Shown one piece after another: positions 1 through 11,200 of a stretch of DNA of 64,000 bases. A program made the translations under genes and the position numbers. Below the pieces are notes generated by a model. The model did not search any database. It saw nothing but the letters and a program-made list of their open reading frames with translations, and was not told the DNA's origin. The stretch's first letter is position 1, and each line of letters starts with the position of its first letter. Origin of the DNA: Promethearchaeota archaeon (lineage in GTDB: Archaea; Asgardarchaeota; Lokiarchaeia; Sigyniarchaeales; SOKP01); NCBI GenBank assembly GCA_048938895.1, contig JBHLLU010000011.1:1-64000 (forward strand), read 5' to 3'.

Positions 1-112
1 CCCTATATTCTAATTAGAAAATCTTAAAGCTAAATACGTCAATAAGTGAGATTTGAAAGATAATTTATAGGATATAACTAATTATGAAAAACTATTCTTA
101 AGGCAGTTAAAT

Positions 113-343
113 TTAGTAAATATTCAACATTATTCTCTTTTCTTTTGTATCCTCATAAATTTGCCATTTTGATACCTTATCGTTTTCAATTGATGCAACC
201 CATATAGCATGGTCTTCTTCTAAAGAGTCCTCAGACCATTTTGCGAATCCAGTTAATATCACGAGATTATCTCTAGATTCAACTCTTTCTGTTTTATTTG
301 TTAGGATTTTTTCAAAAAAATTAGCAGTAAATTTGTCTTCCAT
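113..343 (-). CDS. Small NTF2/SnoaL-like protein, probably N-terminally truncated
   Basis: 76-aa ORF; RVESRDNLVILTG...HAIWVASIENDKVSKWQIYED resembles the C-terminal strands of SnoaL/NTF2 folds, but the ORF is too short for a whole domain. Confidence 0.45.
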   Translation of the reverse strand: MEDKFTANFFEKILTNKTERVESRDNLVILTGFAKWSEDSLEEDHAIWVASIENDKVSKWQIYEDTKEKRIMLNIY

Positions 344-377
344 TTTGTATCCGTTTACTCAAATTGGTTTATTTTTC

Positions 378-2456
378 TCAAGAAATCTTAAAAATTGTTG
401 TGAGGAGATCCTCTTTTCGAGAACTCGGTCCAACATAAATTGTATATTCTATTTTTTCTACAATCCATGTTTTCTCCTCTACGCTATAATATGCTAGTTC
501 CATTGCCTTTAAGGTTAGATTAACAGTTTTAGTTTCCCCCGGAACTAATAATATTTTAGCAAATCCCTTAAGATCCTTGATAGGCCTATCAACAGAGGAG
601 TTGTTATATCCAACATACATCTGAACGACTTCTTCACCAGTTACATCACCTTTATTTGTTATATCAACACTTACTAACACTTCACCATTTGGATTTATAA
701 TTTCTTTATCAATTCTGAGGTTATCATATGAATAAGTTGTATAACTTAAACCAAAACCAAAGGGATATGAAGGTTCAAATCCTTTTTTATCCATTAATCT
801 ATAACCATGATAATATCCATATTCAATCTCTTTTATAGTTGTATCGAAATAGGGAAGTTGATCTTCTGATTTTGCAAATACAGCTGGTATTTTTGCGCTA
901 GGATTAATATCACCGAATAGTATTTCCCCAAATGCGGTCCCACCTTCCATTCCAGGATACCATAACATCAAGATTGCAGAAACATTGTCTTTCCATGGTT
1001 CTACTATTATTGGTCCTCCTCCTTCTAGTGCCACAATACAATTCTCGTTTACTGCAGCTATTTCAGATATTAATTTCTCATCATTTTCATGTAATCTTAG
1101 TGATTTTCGATCACCTGTACTTTCTCTAGTTCCTGCTCCCTCACCCTCATCTTTATATGTATATCCTACTACAATGATCGAAATTTCCGATTTTTTAGCT
1201 ATTTCTTTAGCAGCTTCAAGATCTTCTCCTTCATTGAATGTTATGTTATCATTATTTCTCGCACATTTTTTAATACCTTCAAGCGGAGTTACTACATAGG
1301 GAGGATAAACTCTGCTACTACCATAATCCCCAATATTAGGCGTATTTGCTAAGCTCCCAAATACCGCAATCTGTTTAGGTTTATTACTATTAAGAGGTAA
1401 GATGGAATTACTATTCTTTAATAAAACTATACTCTTCCTCGCAGCTTCTAAGGCTAATTCTGTATGTTCCGTACAAGCGACTTTTTCTTTACTATAAAAC
1501 TTCGGATCCCCTTTATGAGCAAATTTGAGTTTTTGTCTTAAAATTCTTAAAACGGCTTCATCAATTAGCTCTTCAGTGAATCGACTTTCGTTTAAATACT
1601 CTATCATCTTATCAGGAGCCATCCGGAACTGAAAAGGCATCTCAACATCGACTCCTGCATTTATAGCAACTGCACCATTCCGAATACCCAGAAAAAAATC
1701 AGTAAGAACAAATCCTTTAAAATTCCAATCCTCTTTTAAAATTTCTCTTAGAAGGTGTGGATTATGACCACAATACTTTCCATTCACTTTATTATACGCA
1801 CTCATGACGGACGCTACACCTGCGTCAACACATCTTTTAAAATGTGGAATATATACTTCCCTTAAAGTTCTTTCATCTATAGATACATCTAATTCAAATC
1901 TTGTAGTTTCTATACTATTACAAGCGTAATGTTTAGCACATGCCATTATATGCTTTTGAACACCAGTTAAAAGCGCCACACCAAATGCTCCCAAATGATA
2001 GCTGTCTTCTCCATATGTTTCTTGAGCTCTTCCCCAAGCAGGATGTCTCAATAAGTTAATACAAACACCACCAAAATAATTAGCTCCTTGAGCTTTAGCT
2101 TCAATCCCTATTGCTTCACCTATTTTTTCCTCTAAGCCTAAATCCCATGATGCTCCTCTTGCCATCGACACCGGAAAACATGTGGAATTTCCCATAACAA
2201 CTCCTCTTGGTCCATCAGAAAAAAAAATTCCTGGGATTCCGAGTTTTTTATCATCCCCCGCCGGAATTGGTTCAGCATTATATCTTCTTATCATTTTTGG
2301 ACCACCCACTTCTCGTGTTTCATCACCTGCTATTTGATGTAACTTTTCCTCTAATCTCATTATAGAGAGGATTTTTTTTGCTTGTTCTTCAATTTGTATA
2401 TCAGCTAGATCTTTAAACTCATCCCAATTTACCCATCTTTGAGATTCTTCTGGCAT
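378..2456 (-). CDS. Glycoside hydrolase family 3 (beta-glucosidase/xylosidase) with C-terminal FnIII-like domain
   Basis: SDGPRG, GRAQETYGED, KHY, VMSAYN, LTDF nucleophile, YPFGFGLSYT and EVVQMY motifs; no signal peptide. Confidence 0.95.
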   Translation of the reverse strand: MPEESQRWVNWDEFKDLADIQIEEQAKKILSIMRLEEKLHQIAGDETREVGGPKMIRRYNAEPIPAGDDKKLGIPGIFFSDGPRGVVMGNSTCFPVSMARGASWDLGLEEKIGEAIGIEAKAQGANYFGGVCINLLRHPAWGRAQETYGEDSYHLGAFGVALLTGVQKHIMACAKHYACNSIETTRFELDVSIDERTLREVYIPHFKRCVDAGVASVMSAYNKVNGKYCGHNPHLLREILKEDWNFKGFVLTDFFLGIRNGAVAINAGVDVEMPFQFRMAPDKMIEYLNESRFTEELIDEAVLRILRQKLKFAHKGDPKFYSKEKVACTEHTELALEAARKSIVLLKNSNSILPLNSNKPKQIAVFGSLANTPNIGDYGSSRVYPPYVVTPLEGIKKCARNNDNITFNEGEDLEAAKEIAKKSEISIIVVGYTYKDEGEGAGTRESTGDRKSLRLHENDEKLISEIAAVNENCIVALEGGGPIIVEPWKDNVSAILMLWYPGMEGGTAFGEILFGDINPSAKIPAVFAKSEDQLPYFDTTIKEIEYGYYHGYRLMDKKGFEPSYPFGFGLSYTTYSYDNLRIDKEIINPNGEVLVSVDITNKGDVTGEEVVQMYVGYNNSSVDRPIKDLKGFAKILLVPGETKTVNLTLKAMELAYYSVEEKTWIVEKIEYTIYVGPSSRKEDLLTTIFKIS

Positions 2457-2545
2457 TTTATTCTATTTTTGAAATTATTTTTATTCTATTTTTTAGTATA
2501 ATAAAATGAGAAGGATCAAATTAAAAGTTTAAAATTTGATCTTAT

Positions 2546-3640
2546 TTACTGTGGAAAAACACTTGTTGCATCGTTGTCAACAATAGCTTGGAATTGACGC
2601 TTTATAATTACTTCAAATAATTTTAGAGCTCTGGGATCACTCCTATCCAATTGGGAATAGCCTATTGCAGGAATATAAGCATAACACATCAATGATCTAA
2701 GATAAAATTCCCAGGCTAAATCAAAATCATAGGTAGTAATTCCCCTTTTTTCTAGTTGTTTAAGATAATATTTTACCATATCTTTTTCAATTTTTCTCCT
2801 TAAATCGGTTTCAATACTTTCCCCTAATAAATAGGCGATATCTAATATTCCCCCATTAACAACAGCCGATCCCCAATCTATGACAATAACTGGATTTTCC
2901 TTATTATTATGATCAAAAAAGAGATTATCTACGCGGAAATCAAAATGTGAAATAGTCATATTATCATCAGGTAGTTCATTAACTAACCAAGGAAATTGTT
3001 CATGAATTTTCTGTCCTGCTTCCCGACCACCTTCGGGAAGCAAATTTTGGAATTCTTCTGTTTTTATTGATAGATCCCAACTATCTCGATAAGTCCCGAC
3101 TAAAGATTGTGACACTTCATCCTTAGGTTTAGGCATCCAATCAAAAGAATAAAGATCTGGGGCATCCCACCATCGTGCATGAAATTCAGTAATCATCTCT
3201 ATTACTTGCTTAGTTTGATCTTCATTAAGACCTAAGATTTGATCAATTTGCTCATAACAAGCACAATCTTCCAAAATAAGAATATACTTCTTAGCTTCTT
3301 TATCAAAATCTGAAAAGATAACTTCTGGAACTCGTATTGGACTTTTTGGTGCTACTTCGGTATAGAACCGAATTTCCCTTTCATAAAGATTATATTGTTC
3401 AGCAATTGCTAATGCAGTTCTAAATGTTGTTGGCATTTTTACAATCATAGTTTTGGGGTATTCAGAGGATTCTTTATCATAAGTTAAGGTTAACCTCGCC
3501 ATATCACTTACAAATCCTTCACCAGCTCCACATGGTTCTCTTATAATTGATTCTATATTAATATCCTTAAGATAACCTGAGTTGTGAAGAGCTTCATTAA
3601 GATATTCTTGTGTAATCCTTTTTGTTCGTTTTGGTATCAT
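2546..3640 (-). CDS. APH/ecdysteroid-kinase-like phosphotransferase
   Basis: YEREIRFY, HFDFRVDN (Brenner-like) and IDW motifs. Confidence 0.85.
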   Translation of the reverse strand: MIPKRTKRITQEYLNEALHNSGYLKDINIESIIREPCGAGEGFVSDMARLTLTYDKESSEYPKTMIVKMPTTFRTALAIAEQYNLYEREIRFYTEVAPKSPIRVPEVIFSDFDKEAKKYILILEDCACYEQIDQILGLNEDQTKQVIEMITEFHARWWDAPDLYSFDWMPKPKDEVSQSLVGTYRDSWDLSIKTEEFQNLLPEGGREAGQKIHEQFPWLVNELPDDNMTISHFDFRVDNLFFDHNNKENPVIVIDWGSAVVNGGILDIAYLLGESIETDLRRKIEKDMVKYYLKQLEKRGITTYDFDLAWEFYLRSLMCYAYIPAIGYSQLDRSDPRALKLFEVIIKRQFQAIVDNDATSVFPQ

Positions 3641-3897
3641 TTTCTTAATTATCCTATTTTTTTATACTTATATAGTTATATTAGTTTTTGATGTCATTAA
3701 TTAAAACTGTTTCTTTTAGTAAGATAGAAGCAGTTTCAAGGAAATTCATTTTACTCTTAAGCATGAAAATTATTTGAAGTCTATTATTATTTTAATTATA
3801 ATAATATAAACCAAATATCTAAAAAAATAAATTTTATAATTAATTTTTATTAATTGATTTTCAAACTTATTTGATAATTGTAAGGAATTATTACATT

Positions 3898-5037
3898 ATG
3901 AGTTCTCAGAAAAGAGATTACTATGAAGTTTTAGGTGTAAGCAAAGACGCATCCACAAACGATATTAAACTCGCTTATCGTAGATTAGCAAGAAAATATC
4001 ATCCAGATGTGAATAAAGAAGATCCAAGTGCAAAAGACAAATTTATTGAAATTCAAGAAGCTTATGAAGTTCTTAGTGATGAGAATAAAAGGAGAAATTA
4101 TGATCGTTTTGGTCACAGCGGAGTACAGATTGATATGAATGACTTTTTCTCAGGGGGAATCCCGGGTATCGATGAACTTTTTAAGAGTATTTTTGGTGAA
4201 TTTAGCCCATTTGGTGGTTTTAGTGATTTTGGATTTGGAGGTATTGGATCTCGAGGAAGAAGAAGGACTACTCCACGTAGAGAAGTAGGACAAGATATTG
4301 AAGATCATGTTGAAATCAGCTTCGAAGAAGCGATGTTTGGAGTTAAAAAAGATATACAAATAGAGCGATATACCCCATGTGATGCATGTGAGGGAACAGG
4401 AGCAGAGGATCCCTCAAGTGTAGTCACTTGTCCTGAATGTGAAGGCACTGGTCGAATTAGGAAAATGTCTCAATCTGGATTCGGAACTATTATTCGTGAA
4501 TCTAATTGCTATACTTGTAATGGATCAGGGAAAATAATTGAAAAGAAATGCAAGGTCTGTAATGGATCTAAAGTAGTTCCCGAAGAAAAGACAATTCATG
4601 TTACAATTCCAGAAGGAGTTGAAGATGGAGTTCATTTAAAAGTTCAAGGTGCTGGTCATGTACCCTCTGTTAATGCAATACCGGGAGATCTTTACTTAGG
4701 AATAAGAATTACTGACAGTAATAAATTTATACGAAGAGGTAATGATTTGTATACTCCCATTAATGTTGATATAGTCACTGCAATTATTGGGGGAAAAATT
4801 ATAGTTCCTACTTTAGATTATAAAGAAAAAAGAACTGCCGAGAAAGAATTACCAATTCCTGCTGGAACTCAGCCAGGTACAGAATTTCGAATAAAGAATC
4901 GTGGTGTTTCCTATATGCGAGGAAGAGGAAGAGGAGACCAATATGTTATCGTTAATATTGAAATTCCTCAAAAAATATCAGAAAAACAAAAAGAATTATT
5001 ACTAAAATTTAAAGAATTAAATAAAAAAAACTCATAA
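3898..5037 (+). CDS. dnaJ: Chaperone DnaJ (class A)
   Basis: J domain with HPD, G/F-rich linker, four CxxCxGxG-type repeats, C-terminal domains; ATG 3898 preferred over TTG 3871. Confidence 0.97.
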   Translation: MSSQKRDYYEVLGVSKDASTNDIKLAYRRLARKYHPDVNKEDPSAKDKFIEIQEAYEVLSDENKRRNYDRFGHSGVQIDMNDFFSGGIPGIDELFKSIFGEFSPFGGFSDFGFGGIGSRGRRRTTPRREVGQDIEDHVEISFEEAMFGVKKDIQIERYTPCDACEGTGAEDPSSVVTCPECEGTGRIRKMSQSGFGTIIRESNCYTCNGSGKIIEKKCKVCNGSKVVPEEKTIHVTIPEGVEDGVHLKVQGAGHVPSVNAIPGDLYLGIRITDSNKFIRRGNDLYTPINVDIVTAIIGGKIIVPTLDYKEKRTAEKELPIPAGTQPGTEFRIKNRGVSYMRGRGRGDQYVIVNIEIPQKISEKQKELLLKFKELNKKNS

Positions 5038-5913
5038 ATGTGAATTTAACCAATTTATTAAATCTTTAAAGACTTCCTCCCGGTTTATCTCGTTGAAGAG
5101 TTCATGCCTGGCATCTTTATAAAGCTTATACGTTACATCTTTAATATTATAATTTTTAAAGCGTTCAACCATAGCTAATATACCTTTAGAATTATTTCCT
5201 ACTGGATCTGAGGTTCCAGATATTATATAAATAGGTAAATTTTTAGGTATCTTCTTTTCATTCTTCTTATTATAAACTTTTTCACTTCCGTGAGATAATT
5301 CTAACCATAAAGATGCTGGACCAGTAAATCCACACCAGGGATCGTCAACATATTTCTGAACTTCTGATTTATCTCTAGTAAGCCATTCAAATCCTGTAGC
5401 TTCTTCATCACTTTGCCAAGGATCGTTTAACGATTTAAGAGTAGGACTTTCATTCCGTACAGATTTTCTTGGTTCTCCACTAGTTCCGCACAATATGCAT
5501 CCTTTAATTTCATTTCCTCTCTCCTGAATATAATCTTGAGTTAACATGGCACCCCAAGAATGGCCTAAGAGGAATAAAGGTAAATCAGGGTGGTTTTTTT
5601 TAATAATTTTTGATAACTCAAATTCATCATTTATTACTCCACTCCACCCATTTGGCCCCAAGTCCCCAGCATTGCCCTCTAAAGTAGCTTCTGTTAGATC
5701 TCCTGCTGTTAAACCATGTCCTCTATGATCATCTGCATAACATATATATCCTTCCTTACATAACACTTCCGCCACTCTAGTATATCTTTTCGCATGTTCA
5801 GCTAATCCATGAAGTATCTGGATAACAGCCTTCGGAGATGTATCAGGCTCCCACTTATACACAAAAATCTCAATATCATCTTGATCTGTGAATGTGAATG
5901 TTGAACTTTTCAT
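5032..5913 (-). CDS. Alpha/beta hydrolase (lysophospholipase/monoglyceride lipase-like), copy with shortened cap
   Basis: HGLAEH, DHRGHG, GHSWG nucleophile elbow, ARHELFNE. Confidence 0.92.
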   Translation of the reverse strand: MKSSTFTFTDQDDIEIFVYKWEPDTSPKAVIQILHGLAEHAKRYTRVAEVLCKEGYICYADDHRGHGLTAGDLTEATLEGNAGDLGPNGWSGVINDEFELSKIIKKNHPDLPLFLLGHSWGAMLTQDYIQERGNEIKGCILCGTSGEPRKSVRNESPTLKSLNDPWQSDEEATGFEWLTRDKSEVQKYVDDPWCGFTGPASLWLELSHGSEKVYNKKNEKKIPKNLPIYIISGTSDPVGNNSKGILAMVERFKNYNIKDVTYKLYKDARHELFNEINREEVFKDLINWLNSHL

Positions 5914-5995
5914 ACTTTTATCATTTTCTTTCTATTTCAAACAGTTTAATATATATTATAGTAGTTAATTTCTTCTTATTTTGCAAGAAAGAATA

Positions 5996-6943
5996 TTATA
6001 ATTGAGAGTTAAGCCATTCAATTAGATCCCTAAAAACTTCATCCCGATTTATTTCATTAAAAAGTTCATGTCTTGCATTCTCATAGAATTTATACGTAAC
6101 ATTTGTAATACCATATTTCTCAAGACGATTTATCATTGCCTTTATACCTTTAGTTTTGTTACCAATAGGATCTAAGGATCCTGCGATAAAATGAATGTGT
6201 AAATCTTTTGGAATTTTCTTTTCATTCTGACTATTATATATTTTATCAAATCCAAGAATAAACTCTAACCAAAGAGCTGCTGGAGGAACAAATCCACACC
6301 ATGGATCGTTAATATATTTTTGTACTTCTGCTTTATCTCTACTTAACCATTCAAAACCTGTAGCATCTTCATCTTTATCCCATTCCCGATTATTAGTTTT
6401 AAAATTCATGTCATACATTTTTTGACTAGGTTCTGTAAGGGCTCGTTTCTTAATTTCTCCTTTAAGAATAATCTTCCCCGCTTTAATCACAAGAGCTCGC
6501 ACCTTCCCATTAGTACCACTCAAAATGCATCCTTTTAATTCGTTTCCCCATTGCTGGATGTAATCTTGCGCAAGGAAAGCACCCCAAGAATGCCCTAATA
6601 AAAACAATGGTAGATTAGGATTCTCTTTCTTAATAATTTCTGATAACTGATGAATACCATTTACAATCTTTTCCCATCCATTTTCTCCTAGAACTCCAGC
6701 ATGTCCCTCTAATGTTGCTTCTGTCAAATCCCCCGCAGTTAAACCGTGACCGCGTTGATCATTAGCATAACATACAAAACCCTCGCTACATAAGACTTCT
6801 GCAACGTGAGTGTATCTTTTAGCATGCTCCGCTAATCCATGAATAATCTGAATAACAGCTTTCGGAGATGTATCGGGTTCCCATTTATACACAAAAATCT
6901 CGATATTATCTTCATCTTTAAATGTAAAAGTAGAACTTTTCAT
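5996..6943 (-). CDS. Alpha/beta hydrolase (lysophospholipase-like), tandem paralog
   Basis: Same motifs and near-identical N-terminus as 5032..5913. Confidence 0.92.
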   Translation of the reverse strand: MKSSTFTFKDEDNIEIFVYKWEPDTSPKAVIQIIHGLAEHAKRYTHVAEVLCSEGFVCYANDQRGHGLTAGDLTEATLEGHAGVLGENGWEKIVNGIHQLSEIIKKENPNLPLFLLGHSWGAFLAQDYIQQWGNELKGCILSGTNGKVRALVIKAGKIILKGEIKKRALTEPSQKMYDMNFKTNNREWDKDEDATGFEWLSRDKAEVQKYINDPWCGFVPPAALWLEFILGFDKIYNSQNEKKIPKDLHIHFIAGSLDPIGNKTKGIKAMINRLEKYGITNVTYKFYENARHELFNEINRDEVFRDLIEWLNSQL

Positions 6944-7049
6944 AATTTCATCATTCTTTTTGCTAATTTCAAAGAGTTTAATTTATAATATATTAGTTAA
7001 TTTCTTCTTATGATGCGTCTATATTTATAATTTAATCAATGATTATCCT

Positions 7050-7577
7050 ATGAATGTAAAAATTCTTATCACTGGTCCTCCTCGAAGTGGTAAATCTACA
7101 TTGATAACTAAATTAATCAAATACTTCAATGAGAAACAAATGTCCATTTTTGGGTTTTTAACTCCAGAAGTTCGAAAAGGAAATAAACGAATTGGTTTCG
7201 ATATTGAAAACATTTATACAAAAGAAAGAGTAAAACTAGCAAGAATTAATAAATCTAACTCAGATTACCGTTTAGGTAAGTATTTTGTTAGTATAAATGG
7301 TCTTGAGCGGATAATCTCAAATATAGAAAATATTAAATTTACTGAGAAAGATATACTTGTAATTGATGAAATAGGCAAAATGGAATTGTTCTCAGAAAAA
7401 TTCCAAGATTTTGTTTTACATATGTTTAGTTCTAATCTCACAATAGTTGCAACAATTGGTCTAACTGTTAAACATCCAATAAAAGATCATCTTCTACATA
7501 TACCAGATGTCAAGCTATTCACTTTAAATCACAAGAATTTTCAAAATATGCTTCAAGAAATAATATCATTGATTTAG
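7050..7577 (+). CDS. NTPase (THEP1/NTPase_1 family)
   Basis: ITGPPRSGKST Walker A, GFLTPEVR, VIDEIGKMEL. Confidence 0.93.
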   Translation: MNVKILITGPPRSGKSTLITKLIKYFNEKQMSIFGFLTPEVRKGNKRIGFDIENIYTKERVKLARINKSNSDYRLGKYFVSINGLERIISNIENIKFTEKDILVIDEIGKMELFSEKFQDFVLHMFSSNLTIVATIGLTVKHPIKDHLLHIPDVKLFTLNHKNFQNMLQEIISLI

Positions 7578-7677
7578 AGCATCTTTTAAGATTGAACTTT
7601 TCCTAAAAATTTATATTAGGATTATTGTTATCTAATTAGGTAGAATTTATTCTTATTATTTGAAAGGGGAATTATTT

Positions 7678-7794
7678 TTGAAATGGAAATGTGATAACTG
7701 TGGTCATGAATTTGATCTAGATGACTTTCCAGATGAAGAATTTAAATGTCCCGGATGTGGAGGTGAGGATTGCACCTTTAGTCTTTTAGAATAA
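7678..7794 (+). CDS. 38-aa rubredoxin-like/zinc-ribbon microprotein (not in ORF track)
   Basis: TTG start after AAGGGGA; translates MKWKCDNCGHEFDLDDFPDEEFKCPGCGGEDCTFSLLE* with two CxxCG knuckles. Confidence 0.8.
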   Translation: MKWKCDNCGHEFDLDDFPDEEFKCPGCGGEDCTFSLLE

Positions 7795-7957
7795 TTATAT
7801 TTTTACCTCAACTTTATACTAAAAAAATAATAATATACTACAAAAATAATAACTCAAGAGCATGGTTTAGAGAGATAAATAACTTATTTTGTTATCCAAT
7901 ATTTCCTTTACTACTGTTTTGTTAAAATTTATAAGGGTAGAACACGATTAGAATCGT

Positions 7958-10753
7958 ATGGATTTTAAAAAAATCTATAAACGGGGTTTAGGTATTTCAA
8001 TTTTACTCCTTATCGTTATTATAAGTGTTCTATTCGTGCCTAATTTAACTAAAAAACATTTATCGAATGGAAATTCACTTTTTACTAGCGGACCTGACGA
8101 TGCTTATGAACCCAACAATACACCTTCCACAGCTTATAATCTCACAATGTGGGAAGATTATTGGTTAAGTGGTATTAGTGGTTCCGGTATTTTGGAAGAT
8201 GATGACTTTTATGTAATCAATGTTAAAATAGGGTTCGAACATCTACAAATTAATTTAACCTTCTCCCACCTCTTGGGCAACATCGATATTGATCTTATGG
8301 ATAGCTCATATACAAATGTAACTGGGGCACAATCCATGACTGACAATGAATATATTGATACTAATGTTCCTTCAGCAGGAATTTATTATATCCGACTTTA
8401 TGGTCCAAATGCCTCAAACACTTATGATCTATGGTGGAAGACCTTCCCAATGGATGATGCATATGAACCTAATAATGATTGGACCTCTGCTTATGATCTT
8501 ACACCTTACCAAGATGTATGGCTCTCTTCAATTTTAGGTCCTGGAAGGCAATTTGATGATGATTGGTATAAAATTTATATCAGTTCTGGTTATGAATTTC
8601 TCCACGTTAGCCTTCTCTTCAATCATAGTATGGGAGACATTGATATCGCGCTTTATAATAGTACCTATTCTTTTATGACTTCGAGCACAGGAGTAATGGA
8701 TAATGAATATATTGATTTTATAGTACCATCATGGGGAGATTACTATCTACAAATTTATTATGGCAATATGGGGAATCAATATGATCTATGGTGGGATACT
8801 ACGACGTCATTAGACGATGCTTATGAGGAAAATGATTATGATTGGGAAGCTTATGATCTTTCCCCATGGTCAGCTTCATGGTTACCATATGGATTAGGGT
8901 ATCAGTTTGATGATGATTGGTATACTGTTTATTTGGATCCTGGAGAAGAGCGAATATATGCTGAACTTGTCTTTTCACATGCAGCAGGAAATATTGATAT
9001 GGAGCTATGGTATTGGGATGGTTCTTTCATACACTTAACTGGAAGTTATTCATATGATGATAACGAATACATTGATTTTGAAGTCCCTTGGTCAGGCATT
9101 TATTACATCAGAATTTTTGGAGATAATACAGGTAATTCCTATGATTTATGGTGGGAAGATCTTATGCCGACAGGTGATGATTGGATGGAAGAGAATGACG
9201 ACTTCTGGAGTGCGTGTTATGTCGATCCGAACTACTATTCAGGTCTTAAACTTGTGTATAGTGATAATGATTGGTTTAGGACTTATTTAAAAAATGGACA
9301 AACGCTTGATATTACTATCTACTTTAACCATATGGAAGGGGATTTAGAATTAGAATTATGGGATCCTTCAAATGGGTACCGAGATGGATCTTATTCAATT
9401 ACCGATAACGAATATATCTCTTACCGTGTGGATTCATCAGGAGATTGGCGTTTTCGAGTGTATCATGCTTCTGCAGATTCTATAGTTTACTATGATTTAG
9501 ATATCTGGGTAAATGCAGGAGAAGATACTAAAGATGATTGGATGGAAGAAAATGATGGCTTTTGGAGCTCTTGGTACGTTGATCCTAACTATTACTCTGG
9601 TCTTATTCTTAATAATGATGATGAAGACTGGTTTCACACTTATCTCAATGTAGGGGATGTCTTAGATGTAAGTCTTTATTTCGACCATGGTAAAGGAAAT
9701 TTAGAATTAGAACTATGGAGTCCTTCACAAACTTTAAGAGCAGGATCTTATAATGAGTATGGTTATGAATATATTTCATACATGGTAGATATATCAGGAG
9801 ATTGGAGAATTAGAGTCTATCATGCAGATGCAGATTCTAAGGTTTACTATGATTTGGGAATCTGGATAAAAGATGACTATTATGAATGGAATAATCATCC
9901 GGATGATATAATGTGGGATGGCAAACTTCATATGAATCATCCTTCAGTTCTCATTCAAAATGAGCGAACTTGGCTCAGTAATCTTCATGGATTAGCAGTA
10001 CAAGAATATGACGATTGGTATTTCATTGAAATAACTCCTGGTTTCGAGCATCTCAGACTGGAACTAATTTTTAACCATTCTTTGGGTAATATAGATGTTG
10101 AAATTTATGGTCAAGGAAGTTCTTTACCTTTGGTTAGTAGCACCTCCGTGACAGATAATGAATCTATCGATTATTTCCTTCCAGATCCCTTACCACAACC
10201 AGAAATTTTTGCTGTTCGTGTTTATGGAGATGATATGAGAAACAAGTATGATATGTGGTGGGATGACATAAGGAATGACACTAGATCTGATGATAATTAT
10301 GAGATAAATAATGATGCAATTTCTGCCTATGATATATCATGGGCTGAAAATAGGTCTTTATGGGGAATAGATGGTTTAGCGATTCAATATGATCAAGATT
10401 GGTATGAGATTTATGTAGATGAAACCGGTTTAGAATTAATTGTACTTCTTATTTATGATTCAGCTGAAGGTTTAATGGGTTTTGAAGTGTACGATTGGGA
10501 TCTTAACAAAATCACAGGGAATTTTACTCTAGAGGATAATGATTATATTATCTACCCTGTTTCTAACGGAACTTATTATATTAGAGTTTATGGGGATAAT
10601 TCGGGGAATATATATAATTTATGGTGGGGAACACGAGAACATGAAAAGGTTGGAATGATACCTAGTTATGATCTATTTATTTTAATAGCATCGATATTAG
10701 GGATCACGACAATTATTATTAAATTAAAGAGGAGTAAATTTAAGAAGAATTAA
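7958..10753 (+). CDS. Cell-surface protein with 7 PPC-like beta-sandwich repeats and Loki-CTERM-like anchor
   Basis: N-terminal signal/TM segment; seven ~115-140-aa repeats starting DDxxExN(N/D); C-terminal IPSY + TM + basic tail. Confidence 0.85.
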   Translation: MDFKKIYKRGLGISILLLIVIISVLFVPNLTKKHLSNGNSLFTSGPDDAYEPNNTPSTAYNLTMWEDYWLSGISGSGILEDDDFYVINVKIGFEHLQINLTFSHLLGNIDIDLMDSSYTNVTGAQSMTDNEYIDTNVPSAGIYYIRLYGPNASNTYDLWWKTFPMDDAYEPNNDWTSAYDLTPYQDVWLSSILGPGRQFDDDWYKIYISSGYEFLHVSLLFNHSMGDIDIALYNSTYSFMTSSTGVMDNEYIDFIVPSWGDYYLQIYYGNMGNQYDLWWDTTTSLDDAYEENDYDWEAYDLSPWSASWLPYGLGYQFDDDWYTVYLDPGEERIYAELVFSHAAGNIDMELWYWDGSFIHLTGSYSYDDNEYIDFEVPWSGIYYIRIFGDNTGNSYDLWWEDLMPTGDDWMEENDDFWSACYVDPNYYSGLKLVYSDNDWFRTYLKNGQTLDITIYFNHMEGDLELELWDPSNGYRDGSYSITDNEYISYRVDSSGDWRFRVYHASADSIVYYDLDIWVNAGEDTKDDWMEENDGFWSSWYVDPNYYSGLILNNDDEDWFHTYLNVGDVLDVSLYFDHGKGNLELELWSPSQTLRAGSYNEYGYEYISYMVDISGDWRIRVYHADADSKVYYDLGIWIKDDYYEWNNHPDDIMWDGKLHMNHPSVLIQNERTWLSNLHGLAVQEYDDWYFIEITPGFEHLRLELIFNHSLGNIDVEIYGQGSSLPLVSSTSVTDNESIDYFLPDPLPQPEIFAVRVYGDDMRNKYDMWWDDIRNDTRSDDNYEINNDAISAYDISWAENRSLWGIDGLAIQYDQDWYEIYVDETGLELIVLLIYDSAEGLMGFEVYDWDLNKITGNFTLEDNDYIIYPVSNGTYYIRVYGDNSGNIYNLWWGTREHEKVGMIPSYDLFILIASILGITTIIIKLKRSKFKKN

Positions 10754-10853
10754 ATAATTTTTTCTTTTTTTTCCTTTATTTTCTTAAGTAATCTAAATAA
10801 ATCCAGAATTATTTGAAAGAAGTACTTAAATATTTAAAATACTTATAATTAAA

Positions 10854-11185
10854 TGACAAATTGAGCTGTTGAGCTGACGGTGGGCATGACCCGCTGAGGA
10901 ACCTCACCTCACTCTCCAAGCAAGGTGTAGATAACTACTACGATGAAAATCGTAATCTGAGTGCAGAAACGACACTGCCTTTTCACGCATATTAATGATT
11001 TGGATATAAGCCAGAGAAATTGTGGGAAGGAATGGTTGAAACGAGTCAGACCCTTGGTGCAAGGCCAAATGAAAGCGTTAATGTACTTGGAGCTAGCTTT
11101 AGGTAGACCGCTTAGTTTGATGCTCAATCCTATTTTTGGCGACGAAAATAGTAGACAGAAAGGTGGGTACAAGCTCAAGTTGTCA
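10854..11185 (+). ncRNA. rnpB: Archaeal RNase P RNA
   Basis: GC-rich island; P4 halves GAGGAACCTCACC and ACAGAAAGGTGGGT; GTGCAGAAAC, GTTGAAACG, GGTGCAAGGCCAAAT, GGTAGACCGCTTAG motifs; P1 pairs TGACAA-A-TTGAGCT with AGCTCAA-G-TTGTCA; TATA-like TTAAATA about 28 nt upstream. Confidence 0.93.
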
Positions 11186-11200
11186 CCCTTAATTTTTATA

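Noticed and set aside
8090-10630. Repeated DNA suggesting a CRISPR or tandem array
   Set aside because: The repeats are degenerate, in-frame protein domain repeats; there are no identical repeats with spacers and no cas genes
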